A DNA stretch of 64,000 nt, taken from the NCBI GenBank assembly GCA_000004695.1, contig CM000154.2:2304001-2368000 (forward strand), written 5' to 3'. The DNA comes from Dictyostelium discoideum. Taxonomy: Eukaryota. The position numbers and the translations under genes were made by a program. Below are positions 38,795-49,927 of the stretch, piece by piece; position 1 is the stretch's first letter; each line of letters opens with the position of its first letter. The notes below the pieces were generated by a model. That model was not told the origin of the DNA, did no database searches, and worked only from the letters and a program-made list of their open reading frames with translations.

Positions 38795-40339
38795 TTAAAT
38801 TAATAAAACAAAAGAAATGAAAATAACAATTAAAGATAATGGTGAAATAAGAGTTGTTGCTGATGAAGGTGCTTCAGTTTCTTCTGGTGTGCTGGTTGGT
38901 TTTGGAGTTGGAGATGGGGTGGCTGTTTCAGTTGGAGTTGGAGATGGGGTGGCTGTATCAGTTGGAGTTGGAGTGTCTGGAATTGTATAGGTTGTAGAGG
39001 TTGTGGCTTCAGTTTTAATAGTTGGATCTGAAGCAAAGTTTTTATAGTTTGTAACGACTAAATTAATAGTACCACTACCAGCTTCAACTGGACAAATGAT
39101 TGATTCACCATTTGAATCTGGAGCACAAACTATATCAGTAGTATTTTGGTCAACAACAATCGAAACATGGGCATTGTTTAAAAAGATACCTGAAATTGTA
39201 ATACTTCCACCATTGTGAGGTGCTTGAGTGACACTATTTATAACCGGAGTAACTAATAAAGTTGATGTGACAACATTTGAGATACCAGCTTTCAAATTGA
39301 ATTGAATTTCACCTTCTGGAAGAGCATGTGGAAGAGTTATAACAATCTTTTCATTTGTACCAGTGATTACAAGGTTTGTTGGGCTTGAGGTTCCCATGGT
39401 TAAAGAAATTTGAGTGAAATCAGTACCAGTATTGGTTGTTGAGATCTCAACAGAGTCATTGACTTGTTTTGTTGAAGTAATGGTTGGTGGGTTATATGTA
39501 AAAGTTATTGGTTGTTGATTACCTTGATTGTCTAAATAAATCATATCGACACCTGTTGAAGCTTTAGCAGTTATAGTATTTGATGATTCATAAACTGAAC
39601 GAGTAGTAAAAATAACATGACAATTTGTTCCATCATCTTGAACAGTCAATCCTGTATAGATATGACTTCCCATTGTAACACTAGCTGTAGTACCAAAGTA
39701 TTTACCAGTGACGGTTACATTGGTTGGTGTGAGATCAAAAGCTAATGGGGTGATTGATGTAATGGTTGGAGAAAACACTGATTTGGAAGTTACAATTGTT
39801 GAAAAGCCAAATGGTTGAATGAGTTCAAGATTAAGTAGACCACCAGCGATTGTATTTGGCACGAGGAAATAAATTGTTGGGGATACTGAATCAGCAGTAA
39901 CAGATAACATAGCAGAGTTAATAGAGTCGTTCACATTTAATTTGTATCCAGATATATTGGATGGTCCATCAACTAAAATCATACCAATTCTTCCATTATT
40001 TGGAAATATTGTTGAAAGAGTTGGAGGTGTATATTTAAAAAGACCATTACCACCTGTAGATGGTACACCACCAACCTTTACAATAACATCAAAATTTGAA
40101 TTTCCTGGAGCTAATTGAGCAGAAAATTGGCATTGTAACGATGCGGTATTGGCTACAATAACTGGATCACAGGTCTGGCCACCAATAGTTACAACTGGAG
40201 TTCCTGTAAATCCAGTACCTGTAATGGTAATATATGTTGGAACACCAAATTTTCCATTTGAAACAGCTGTTATTGTTGGAGCTGAATGTGCACTATTTAA
40301 AATATTATATAATATTATCAATACTAATAAAAATTTCAT
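38795..40339 (-). CDS. Secreted/GPI-anchored cell-surface glycoprotein with tandem IPT/TIG (Ig-like) domains and Thr/Pro-rich stalk; 514 aa
   Basis: N-terminal signal peptide MKFLLVLIILYNILNSAHSA. IPT/TIG-type repeats (PTITAVSNGKFGVPTYITITGTGFTGTPVVTIGGQTCDPVIVANTASLQCQF; later GGSITISGIFLNNAHVSIVVDQNTTDIVCAP). Many N-x-S/T sites. Mucin-like TPTPTDTATPSPTPTETATPSPTPKPTSTPEETE stalk. C-terminal hydrophobic tail SPLSLIVIFISFVLLI typical of a GPI signal. Confidence 0.75.
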   Translation of the reverse strand: MKFLLVLIILYNILNSAHSAPTITAVSNGKFGVPTYITITGTGFTGTPVVTIGGQTCDPVIVANTASLQCQFSAQLAPGNSNFDVIVKVGGVPSTGGNGLFKYTPPTLSTIFPNNGRIGMILVDGPSNISGYKLNVNDSINSAMLSVTADSVSPTIYFLVPNTIAGGLLNLELIQPFGFSTIVTSKSVFSPTITSITPLAFDLTPTNVTVTGKYFGTTASVTMGSHIYTGLTVQDDGTNCHVIFTTRSVYESSNTITAKASTGVDMIYLDNQGNQQPITFTYNPPTITSTKQVNDSVEISTTNTGTDFTQISLTMGTSSPTNLVITGTNEKIVITLPHALPEGEIQFNLKAGISNVVTSTLLVTPVINSVTQAPHNGGSITISGIFLNNAHVSIVVDQNTTDIVCAPDSNGESIICPVEAGSGTINLVVTNYKNFASDPTIKTEATTSTTYTIPDTPTPTDTATPSPTPTETATPSPTPKPTSTPEETEAPSSATTLISPLSLIVIFISFVLLI

Positions 40340-41170
40340 TTTTATTTTATTTTATTTTATATTAAATATATTTTCTTTTTTTTTAAAACAATAATTATAA
40401 TATATTTTTTTTTTTTTTTTTTTTCTATCTTATTATTTATAAATAATTTATTTTTAATTGTATTATTTGGTTTTTATTAATGGATCTAAAATGAATTTAT
40501 AAAATTTTAATTTAAAAAAAAAAAAAAAAAAAAGAATAATAAAATAAAAAAAATAAAAATAATTAAAAAAAAAAAAAAAAAAAAAAAAGTTACTATCTCA
40601 AAACATTGATTTAAAATCTCAGATAAATCACACCACCCCCTAATTTTTTTTTTTTGAAAATTGAAAAATCATGGAGGCAGGTCCACTTCCAGATCCCAAA
40701 ATACCACTCCATTTTTTTTATTTTTAGGAAAATTCAAATCCACCTTTAATTTTTTAATTTTTTTTTTTTTTAATAAAAAAACCCGAACTTTTTTAACCTT
40801 TTTTTTTTTAATTTTAAATAATTTTAAATTCCCCCACTGTTTTTTTTTTAAAATTTCAAATCTTACAATTTTTTTTACATGGTTTAAATTTCAGATCAAA
40901 CTTTTTAAAATTTGAAGGGGGAAAAAAAAAAAAATTAAAAAAATTAAAAAAAAAAAAAAACCAATCGATATATTCCCCCAGAAAAGTAACCACACAAAAA
41001 CTATTAAAAGATAAATTAATACGTTTATTTTAATTATTTATTATTTTTTTTTTTCCAATGGTTTGTGTGGTGTGAAAATGTAAAGATATGAAAAAAAGAA
41101 ATTTTTTTTTTTTTTTTCAAATCGATATTTATTGCGATTAACCCTGTGGTATCTGTGTGGTTTTTTTTTT

Positions 41171-41206
<36 letters not shown>

Positions 41207-41849
41207 TATTAGTGTACAATTTTATTTTTTTAATCATTTTTTGACCTAATTTATTTTTTATTTTTTATTTTTTTTCTAATCCCAATACACATTAATTATT
41301 ATTTATATAATATTATTAATTTTTGATTGTTTGAACATAATATGAAAAATAAAATAAAAAATTTATTCCTTAATTTTATTATTTGTTTTGACCAATGACA
41401 ACCCTGTCAAATTTTTGGTTAGATCTTTTTAAATAAAAATAAAAATCTTGTGAATATTTTCACTTTTTTTTTTTTTTTTTTTTTTTTTTATCTCTTTAAA
41501 AATGTCAAAAGAACAATTGATTTTGAAGATGAATCATATTCATGTATGTTTGATACATCAAAAAATTTAAAAGAATTAAGAGAATCTGAAAAAATTAGAG
41601 ACGAATATTATTTTACACATAGAAATTCTATGGTTAAAAAGGATGATGAATTCTAAATTGAAATTAATTTAATTTTAAAAGATAATATAATAAAATTAAA
41701 AAAAAAAGAAAATAAACAAAAGGAAGAAAAAAAAGAAAAAGAAATTAAAGAAAATAAACAAAACGAAGAAAAAAAAGATAATAAACAAAACGAAGAAAAA
41801 AAAGAAAAAATTGAACCTGTTAAATCAACAACAGTAGAATTAATTAAAA

Positions 41850-43224
41850 ATGAAAAAAAAATTAAAAATAAAAGAATCAATTGATCAAAAAAGTAATCAA
41901 ACTGATATTGGTAATAGTTCAGAACTTACAATAAATTCAAGTAATGGTTCAAGTTGTGCTAGTGTTGATTTTTCAAAAAAAGAATTAATAATTTCAACAT
42001 TATCAAATTTTTTTAACTTTAAATCTACAATAAATTCAATAGGAGAATTCATTGAACAGGATTCCATTGATTATAAAAATGAAGATATTCAATTAAAAAA
42101 CCAACAAAAACTTTATTTTCAAATAAATCTTTTACATTCAATAAAAATGAACATCAATTAAGTAAATCATTAACAATTGAAGGTTCATTTAAACTTGATT
42201 CACTCTCTATATCTGCTGAAGTTAAAAGTAAATTTTCAAAAGAGTCATTAGATGTTAAAGTTGGTAAAGAAGTGTATTTAACTAGTTCAGTATCAGTACC
42301 AAGATTAGAGTTTTGCATTAATCCATTAAAGGTAAAACTAAGTGATGAATTTTATTCAAAATTAAATAATGTTGAAACTCATGGTGAATTAATTAAAGTT
42401 TTTAAAGAGTACGGTGAATTCTATCCAAAACGGTATATATTAGGAGGTATGATAACAAATCATGAAACTCAAAAATTTACAACAATTGAAAATCTAGAAT
42501 CAAAACTATTATCTTTAAGTGCTGGTGTTAATGCTGCAATAGGTCCCGTTAAAGTTGGAGGTAGTGTTGGAGGTGAATCAGCAACCGATGAAAAAAAATC
42601 AAAACAAAATGAAGAAAATAGTTCAAAAAAAGATGTTATTGGAGGTGATCCAAGTAAAACAGGCTCAGAATGGGTTTCAAGTTTAAGTGATATAAATAAT
42701 TGGGGTATTATTGGTATAGATGTTTATCCAATTATGGATTTAATAAAAAAGAATGATAACACATTATATAAAAAATTAGAAAAAATTAAAAATTCAATTA
42801 CATTAACTTGTAATGTTAAAAAATGGAAAAGAATAGATTTTTGGGAGAGCGAAGATTTTGAATTTCAAGGTAAAAAATTTAATATTTCAATTAAAAAGAT
42901 AAATGAAAGTGTTATATATCCAAGTATAAATTGTTTAGAGGAAGGAAATATGGTTATTAAATATTGTGGTCATGGAGAAGATCCAAGATACTATCAAATA
43001 CAAAGTATAATATACCTTAATTTTTTAATTTATATATTTTATAAAATATAAAATTTTAACTTTTAATTTTAAAACAATATTTAGATTTTATTAAAGGTTG
43101 TGATAATGGTTCCTGTACCAATAGAGCCAGTGGTGGTGGTACAATACCTGATTCTTTTACATTCTCATTCCACATTTTTATTAAACCAGATGAAAATGAT
43201 ATTTGTTCATTAATTATCAAATAA
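41850..43224 (+). CDS. MACPF (membrane-attack-complex/perforin)-like domain protein. Apparent +1 frameshift near 42085-42100 (A6 run) joins the 41850 ORF to the 42083..43004 frame; probable 3' exon 43085..43224 (intron 43005..43084). Intact gene with sequencing error, or pseudogene
   Basis: Downstream frame contains the MACPF signature Y-G-x-x-[FY]-x6-G-G as KVFKEYGEFYPKRYILGG (42420..42458). It is preceded by alternating-polarity beta-hairpin-like segments (EHQLSKSLTIEGSFKLDSLSISAEVKSKFSKESLDVKVGKEVYLTSSVSVPRLEF) and followed by a second amphipathic Gly/Ser/Ala segment (LLSLSAGVNAAIGPVKVGGSVGGESATDEKK), the arrangement of TMH1 / signature / TMH2 in perforin and C9. Upstream ORF 41850.. (MKKKLKIKESIDQKSNQTDIGNSSELTINSS...) is in frame 0 and the MACPF part in frame 2; inserting one A in the A6 run makes them continuous. 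The stop-free 46-codon segment 43085..43224 (NFIKGCDNGSCTNRASGGGTIPDSFTFSFHIFIKPDENDICSLIIK*) after a GTATAA donor suggests a terminal exon. Confidence 0.5.
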
Positions 43225-44038
43225 CACTTTTAATTAATGAATATTTTTACCCCCTCAATAAAAAAAAAAAAATAATAAAAAAAAACGAATAAATAAATAA
43301 ATAGTAACCACACAAAACCTATTAAGAGATAAACTATTACGTTTATTATAATTTTTATTATTTTTTTTATTTGTTAGAATTTTTTTTATTTTTCTATATA
43401 TTTTCCAAGGTGTGAATATGTGAAGATATAATTAAGATAATATTTTTTATTTTTATTTTTTATTTTTTTATTTTTTTTTAAATCGACATATATTGCGATT
43501 AACCTTTTGTTTTTTTTTTTTTTTAATTATTTTTTCTAATTATTAAAATAGGTATGAGTTAATTACATTATTTTATAAATATTTATAAAATAAAAATATT
43601 TTTATACTAATATATGTAATAAAATTATTTTTAGCATTTTTTAGATATACTATCGAGTGTATACATTGCCCAAAATATTTAACCTTTATTTGGTCAAAAA
43701 TATATATATATCCAACAAATTTGATTACTATTTTTTTTTAGGTTTTACTTTTTATTGGAAATTTTTTTTTTTTAATAAAAAAAATGTACAGGTGTTCAAT
43801 TTAAAATTTATACAAATAAACAATTGTAAACAATACAATAAAGTTGTGAATTTATGTTTTGTATTATTTTCACTCACTTTATCTCATTATTATAAAAATT
43901 AAATTTTTATTTTATTTTTTTTTTATTATTTATTGTTATTTCATTGTGTGTTGTTTTTTAATATTTAAATCTTTAAAAAAAAAAAATTTAAAAATATAAA
44001 ATAAAAAATATTAAATAGATACAAATAATAAAATCAAA

Positions 44039-45715
44039 ATGAAATATAAATTATTTATTTTAATAATAATTTATATTTTAAATATTTTAAATGTTAATTG
44101 CGAACAAATTATTAAATCAATTGATTCAATTTCAAGTTTACCATACAATCAAGGTGGAACAATTTTTATTTATGGTTCATTTTCAAGTTTTACTTCAAAT
44201 CAAATTAAAGTAACTATTGGTGGAGAAACTAATTGTATTGTACCAAGATTTGTAAATGAAACAACAATTAATTGTATTTTCCCAAATCAAGCTAAATTAA
44301 CACCAATTAATGAATTATTTAATGTTGAAATTAAAATTGTAAAAACTGGTGAAATAATTAAATCAAAAATTCCAATTTTTAAATTTAGTAAAGTATTAAT
44401 AAATGATCCATGGATATTTGAAGATGTAATTTATATTTCATTAGAAAACAATGGTTTACAACCAAATAATTATTATCTTTTAATTGATGATGGCTGTCCA
44501 AATTATATTCATAATGTATTACCAAGGGATGATTCTTCAATTTATAATTTAAATTTTGAAATTCCTTCAACAGTGATTGGAAATGGTAATCAATCATTAC
44601 AATTTCAATTACTAGATAACATTGGATTCACAAATTTAACATTAACATTAGAATATTCAACAAACTATACAATCCTTCCAATTCAATTACCATCACCATC
44701 AATTATTAGTTCAACAAAATCAATACCAATAACAGTTTGTGGTAATCATTTTGGTGCATTTGTAAATGTTACATATGGCACATTAATAATTAATAATTTA
44801 AAAGTAAGTCAACTTGAGAAACAACAAGAGGAAGATCAACAAAATGAAAATAATGATGATAATGATAGTAATTTTAAAAATACATGTTTTTCATTTAATG
44901 GTATTGGATTTTTATCAAGAGAATCAAATTTTAGATTTACAAATGGTAGATTTGAAGTAAAAATACCATTTAATATTACATTTTTTCCACCAACAATTAA
45001 AAAATTAACTCAATCTTTAAAACATTTAATAATGGAGACAAGTGAAACTGGAATTGATTCATCAATGTTAAAAGTTTCATTAAATATTTCAAACAATCAT
45101 ATTCCAATGACAATTACAAAATTTGAAGACCAAATTATTGAAGCTAGAATACCAGATGTTTTAGATATTGATTATAATTCAATATTTTTATTATCAACAC
45201 CAACAACAACTATTAATTCATCATTATTAATTCAACCAATAATTGATAATACTAGTGAATTACCAATGAATGGTGGTGAAATTACAATCTATGGATCATT
45301 TATTAACAATGCTTTATTTAAATTATCATTTTCGAATTCAAGTGAAATTAATGTTATTGAATTTTCAAAAGATGTTACTAATAATAAACAATCAACATGT
45401 ATCTTTAATGAAATTGAACAATTTTCAATTTGTAAACTTCCAAAACTTATTGATTTCAATATAACAAATTTAATTCAATATTCAATCTCTGCCACAAATT
45501 ATATTTTTAATATTTTTAATAATGATAATATTACTGGTAGTTGTAGTAATGGTTGTAGTAGTGGTGGTGGTAGCAGTGATAATAGTTTAGAAAATAGTAC
45601 TGAAAATAATACAATTATTTTAACTTCCAATAATCAAGCATCTTTTTATTTAAATTTAAAAACTAATTTGTATTTTATTTTATTTAACTTAATTATTTTA
45701 ATTATAATTTTATAA
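44039..45715 (+). CDS. Secreted/GPI-anchored cell-surface glycoprotein with IPT/TIG-like domains; 558 aa
   Basis: Signal peptide MKYKLFILIIIYILNILNVNC. IPT-like repeats (PYNQGGTIFIYGSFSSFTSNQIKVTIGGETNCIVPRFVNETTINCIFP; later GGEITIYGSFINNALFKLSFSNSSEINVIEF...STCIF). About 25 N-glycosylation sequons. C-terminal Ser/Gly stretch then hydrophobic tail LYFILFNLIILIIIL (GPI-signal-like). Same architecture as the 38795..40339 gene but strongly diverged. Confidence 0.7.
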   Translation: MKYKLFILIIIYILNILNVNCEQIIKSIDSISSLPYNQGGTIFIYGSFSSFTSNQIKVTIGGETNCIVPRFVNETTINCIFPNQAKLTPINELFNVEIKIVKTGEIIKSKIPIFKFSKVLINDPWIFEDVIYISLENNGLQPNNYYLLIDDGCPNYIHNVLPRDDSSIYNLNFEIPSTVIGNGNQSLQFQLLDNIGFTNLTLTLEYSTNYTILPIQLPSPSIISSTKSIPITVCGNHFGAFVNVTYGTLIINNLKVSQLEKQQEEDQQNENNDDNDSNFKNTCFSFNGIGFLSRESNFRFTNGRFEVKIPFNITFFPPTIKKLTQSLKHLIMETSETGIDSSMLKVSLNISNNHIPMTITKFEDQIIEARIPDVLDIDYNSIFLLSTPTTTINSSLLIQPIIDNTSELPMNGGEITIYGSFINNALFKLSFSNSSEINVIEFSKDVTNNKQSTCIFNEIEQFSICKLPKLIDFNITNLIQYSISATNYIFNIFNNDNITGSCSNGCSSGGGSSDNSLENSTENNTIILTSNNQASFYLNLKTNLYFILFNLIILIIIL

Positions 45716-45880
45716 ATGAAAAAAATAAATAAAACAAAAAAAATAAATAAAAAATAAAAAAATTAAACATTTAAAAATATATCACTACTAATCTATATAT
45801 TTATTTACAATGGTTTTTTATATATAAAAAGAGAAATGTGAATGTTGTTGAAAGAAAAAAAAAACCATTCTACTCCAGTT

Positions 45881-47452
45881 TTATGTTTTTGGTTGAATTG
45901 TTGTAATTTCATTTTTTACTTCTTTTTCTTTTTTTTCTTCATTTTCTTTTTCTTTTTCTTTTTCTTTATCGGTTGTTACTGCTGGAGCTGTTGTTGGTTT
46001 ATTTGTCGTTGCGGCTGGAGATGCTTTAGTTGAAGTTGCTACTGAAGTTGGTTGTTTAGAAGTTGATTGTTTTATAGCAGTGGTGGAATTCTTTTTTAAA
46101 AGTATCAATAAATCATTGTGGTATTTTAATTGATTCTCTAAAATTTTATCAACAACACTTTTAAATGAACTAAATTGAGAATCAAAATGCTCTAAAAGCT
46201 TCTGTTGTAATTGTTCATTATTACCAATATTGCTATTATTATGATGATGGTCATTATTATTATTATTAATATTATTATTAATATTATTATTATTATTATT
46301 AATATTATTATTATTATTATTATGGTATGATTCATTATCAAATAAACTACGCTCAAGAACAGATAGAGTTGGAGGTGTTCGAGGTGTAAAATCATCATGA
46401 CTTGAACTCAATTCTTTTCTTGGGTTGGTTGGTGATATGATTGATTTTGAATTTCCAACTGGCTCGCTAAGTCTGGAATCTCTTTTTCTGTACCCTCCAC
46501 TTCTAGATCTTGTTGAACTTCTATTTCTTTTTTTAGAAAGGTTTGAAATTCTTGGAGATGATTGGCTTCTTGATCTTGATCTTTGTCTTCTTGGTGGTGG
46601 TGGTGGTGGAGATTTACTTCTGCTTCTTCTACTTCTACTTCTGCTTCTACTTCTTCTACTTCTTTTATCACTTTTACCACTTCCCCTACTTCTACTTCTA
46701 CCTCTACTTTTACTTCTACTCCTACTTCTACTATTTGAATGTCGGTGGGGATGTAAATAAGACTCAGAGGTACCATTTCCATTACCAATGCCACTGCCAT
46801 TGGTCATTGATTCTTTTTCATTGTGGTTCCAATTGGAATCATCTCTTGAACCTCTTCTTTGGAAATAATCATTATAATTTGAATTATTTTGATATTTACC
46901 ATTTCTAGCGTATGCTCTTTGAACCTTTAATTTTGAACCATAAAAACTATAATCATTCATTAATTTGATTGCTTTTAAAGCAGAGTCTATATTTTGAAAT
47001 TTTAAGAAAACATAATCTTTTTCTCTACCAAAGAATAATCCTTCAACAAAACCAACTTTGTTTATAAATAATTGTTTAACTTGATCTATTGAAATATTTG
47101 GTAAATTACCTACATATACTCTTGTTGGATCTTTTTTTTTAAAAAATTAAAAAATAAAAAAATAAAAATTTAAAAAAAAACAAAAATAAAAAAATAAAAA
47201 TGAAAATTAAAATAAAAAAGATAAAAATAAATATGTTTTAATAAAAAAATAAAAATAAAAATAGAAATTAAAAATAAATATCAATTCTTTGTTTTTTTTT
47301 TTTTTTTTTTTTTTTTATATTAAAACTTAAATGTAATTGAATAATTATTTACCTTCAGGGTATGGATATCTTAAACCATCACAATGTTGTCTTCCATTGC
47401 TAGGAGAATCTCTATATGACCTATCATTTTGTGGTGATTTTTTATTTTCCAT
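45881..47452 (-). CDS. SR-type splicing-factor-like protein: N-terminal RRM followed by long RS (Arg/Ser) domain and poly-Asn tract; exons 47452..47353 and 47130..45881 (449 aa)
   Basis: Exon 1 MENKKSPQNDRSYRDSPSNGRQHCDGLRYPYPE, donor GTAAAT. Exon 2 DPTRVYVGNLPNISIDQVKQLFINKVGFVEGLFFGREKDYVFLKFQNIDSALKAIKLMNDYSFYGSKLKVQRAYARN (RNP-2-like VYVGNL, RNP-1-like DYVFLKF), then ...SRSRSKSRGRSRSRGSGKSDKRSRRSRSRSRSRRSRSKSPPPPPPRRQRSRSRSQSS... Phase-1 intron of 222 nt. Confidence 0.8.
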
Positions 47453-47884
47453 ATAAATTTTTTTTTTTTTTTTTTTTTTTTTTTGATGTATATTTATCTT
47501 TATTATTTTTTATTTTAAAAACAATTATGAACTTAAAAAAAAAATGTGGAAGGGAAAAAAAAAAAAAAAAAAAAAAAGAACAAAAAAAAAAAAAAAAAAA
47601 AAAAACAAAATCAAAAATAGGAAATTAATTATTTAAACATATGTTTTTTTTTTTTTTCTTCGAAATAAGATTTTTTTTTATTTTTTTTTTTATTTTTTTT
47701 TTTTATGAAAAATGTAAATCCAATTATTTTTAATTTTAATATGGTGTGAATCCAATTATTTTTAAAATTATTCAAATGATCCACATTACAATAGTAAAAA
47801 AAAAAAAAAAAGAACATGAAAAAGTAATTAATTTTTTGTTTTGGAATAATTGAATTCTATTTTTATTTTTTTTTTTTTTTATTT

Positions 47885-47916
<32 letters not shown>

Positions 47917-48020
47917 TTTTCTTTATAAATGTATATAAATAATTTTAAATTTAATTATAATTTAAAAATAATATTTATATGATTTATAAATTTTTTTTTT
48001 TAATTAAATGATGAACTTGT

Positions 48021-48950
48021 TTAACGAGACTTGATGTATTCACGGAAACCAGCATTTTGAATTTCACCTCTTTGTCTCTTGGTGTTATTTAATCTTAAAT
48101 ACATGATGAAGAGGGCAATAGTGAGGAAAACACCAACGAACCAAAAGAATAAAGAAACAGTAGCCATGGCACCAACTGCATTATGATCATTGTGGAAAAG
48201 TGAAATAACCCAAATTAAACCATTCATACCGGAACGTTTGAAACCAACGAAAAAGATAATGTTGAATAAAACTACACCCAAAAGAGCCATTAAGTAAGCG
48301 TATGATTTTCTTGCTCTTTCTGGTACTGATGCAGCTCTATAAAGCTTTCTTGTTAAAAAATATAATGTTGGTACACCAACAATCATATAAAAGAGAGCAA
48401 GGAAAAAATTATCAACTGCAGAATAAACAATTGTACCAATTGATACGACCCAATTGTAAACTAATGCAGCAGCTTCCCCTATTTAATTTAATAAAAAAAA
48501 AATAAAAAAAAATAAAAATATTTAAAAATTATTAGTTATTTATTTATATATATATTAAATTATTTTAATTTTTAAAAAATATAATAAAAACTACTTACAA
48601 AGGAAAACGAAAATACCAAATTTAACAATTTGACGATATTCACGAATTGCAATATCTTCTTCAAGATTGAGACGAATCATTGGATAAGAAGAAGGGAAAT
48701 TTGCTTGTCTTGGATGAGCAGTTGCTGGAGCTGGAACTACAACATGAGGACCTGTAATATCGGCAGCAGATTGATTATTTGCTAGAGCTCTTTCTCTAAG
48801 TTTTAAATCTTGTTCCCATCTCATTAAAGATTGTTCTTTTTCAAAGTGAGATGAGTTATCATATGCAGCTGCTGAACTACTAGTTTGAGTAGTTGAAGCT
48901 GGGAATTCAGATGACATTTGAGGTGTTCCTGGATTATTATTATGTTCCAT
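48021..48950 (-). CDS. Secretory carrier membrane protein (SCAMP) homologue; exons 48950..48599 and 48478..48021 (269 aa)
   Basis: Exon 1 MEHNNNPGTPQMSSEF...EKEQSLMRWEQDLKLRERALANNQ...QANFPSSYPMIRLNLEEDIAIREYRQIVKFGIFVFL (the NxPP-like segment and amphipathic region before TM1 of SCAMPs). Exon 2 WEAAALVYNWVVSIGTIVYSAVDNFFLALLFYMIVGVPTLYFLTRKLYRAASVPERARKSYAYLMALLGVVLFNIIFFVGFKRSGMNGLIWVISLF... (four TM helices; the conserved cytoplasmic loop between TM2 and TM3). Donor GTAAGT, phase 1. Confidence 0.8.
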
Positions 48951-49022
48951 TTTTTATTAATTTTTTAAAATATATAATTATATTCGATTTTATATATATT
49001 ATGTTTTTTTTTTTTTTTTTAA

Positions 49023-49053
<31 letters not shown>

Positions 49054-49927
49054 ATATGATTAAGATTGAATTAAATATTATATAATAATTGAAATTATTA
49101 TTATTGTTTGTTTTTATTATTTGATATTTGAATATTGAATGATTTAAAAAATTTTTTTAATTTTTCATTTTATAGGATTTTTTTTTTCTTTAAACACCAT
49201 ATATTAATTTTTAAATAATAACATGAATTCCCTAAAAAATAAAACTTTAAAAGTAATTGTGAATTAAAATAGTAATTTTGAAGTTTTTCATTTTAAAAAT
49301 TACTAGATGAGGAAATTAAAGTGTGAATACTAAAATGACAATAATCACCACACCACCAACCATACATAATTAGAAAAAAAAAAAATTAATATTTAAAAAA
49401 CTTTTTTTTTATTTTTTTTTATTTTTTTTATTTTTTTTTTAATTTTTTTTTTTTTAATTAAGTTTCATATTTTATAGTTTTTACACATTATACCCCCTTA
49501 ATACTATTCCCACATTTACATAAGCACACCATTGCATTTTATTAATTTTTTTTTTTTTTTTTAATTTAATTTTTTTTTTTTTTTAAATTAATTTTTTTTT
49601 TTTTTTTTTTTTTAATTTTTATTTTTATTTTTTTTTTTTTTTATCTTCATTTTTTTTAATTTAATTTTTATTTTTTTTTTTTTTTTTTTTATCTTCATTT
49701 TTTTTTTTTTCATTTTTCCGGAGGTGCATTCCAGAATTTATATAATTTTAAAAAATAAAAAAAAAAAAATATGAGAATGATATTTTTATCATTATAAAAA
49801 AAAAAAAAAATGAATTCTTTTTAGTTTAAAAAAAAAAAAAAAACTTTAAAGATATAAAATAATAGCTTATACATGTTTTAAACTAAAAAAAATAAAAAAA
49901 ATTATAAGATAAAATAATAAAGTAATA

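Noticed and set aside
41450-41656. 68-aa ORF beginning [16 protein letters not shown]
   Set aside because: Its start lies in a T-homopolymer and the ORF track start codon is probably non-ATG. Only the 3' part (…DTSKNLKELRESEKIRDEYYFTHRNSMVKKDDEF) looks coding-like, and that is treated as a possible 5' fragment of the MACPF-locus transcript rather than an independent gene.
43260-43520. Sequence similarity between 40960..41160 and 43290..43510 (…AGTAACCACACAAAA…TTAATACGTTTATT…TGTGAAAATGTAAAGATATG…AAATCGATATTTATTGCGATTAACC…)
   Set aside because: It is a real ~150-bp dispersed repeat present twice (40975..41150 and 43302..43505, same orientation, flanking the MACPF gene). I could not assign it to any element class or find TSDs, so it is noted but not called; it may be worth a dot-plot.
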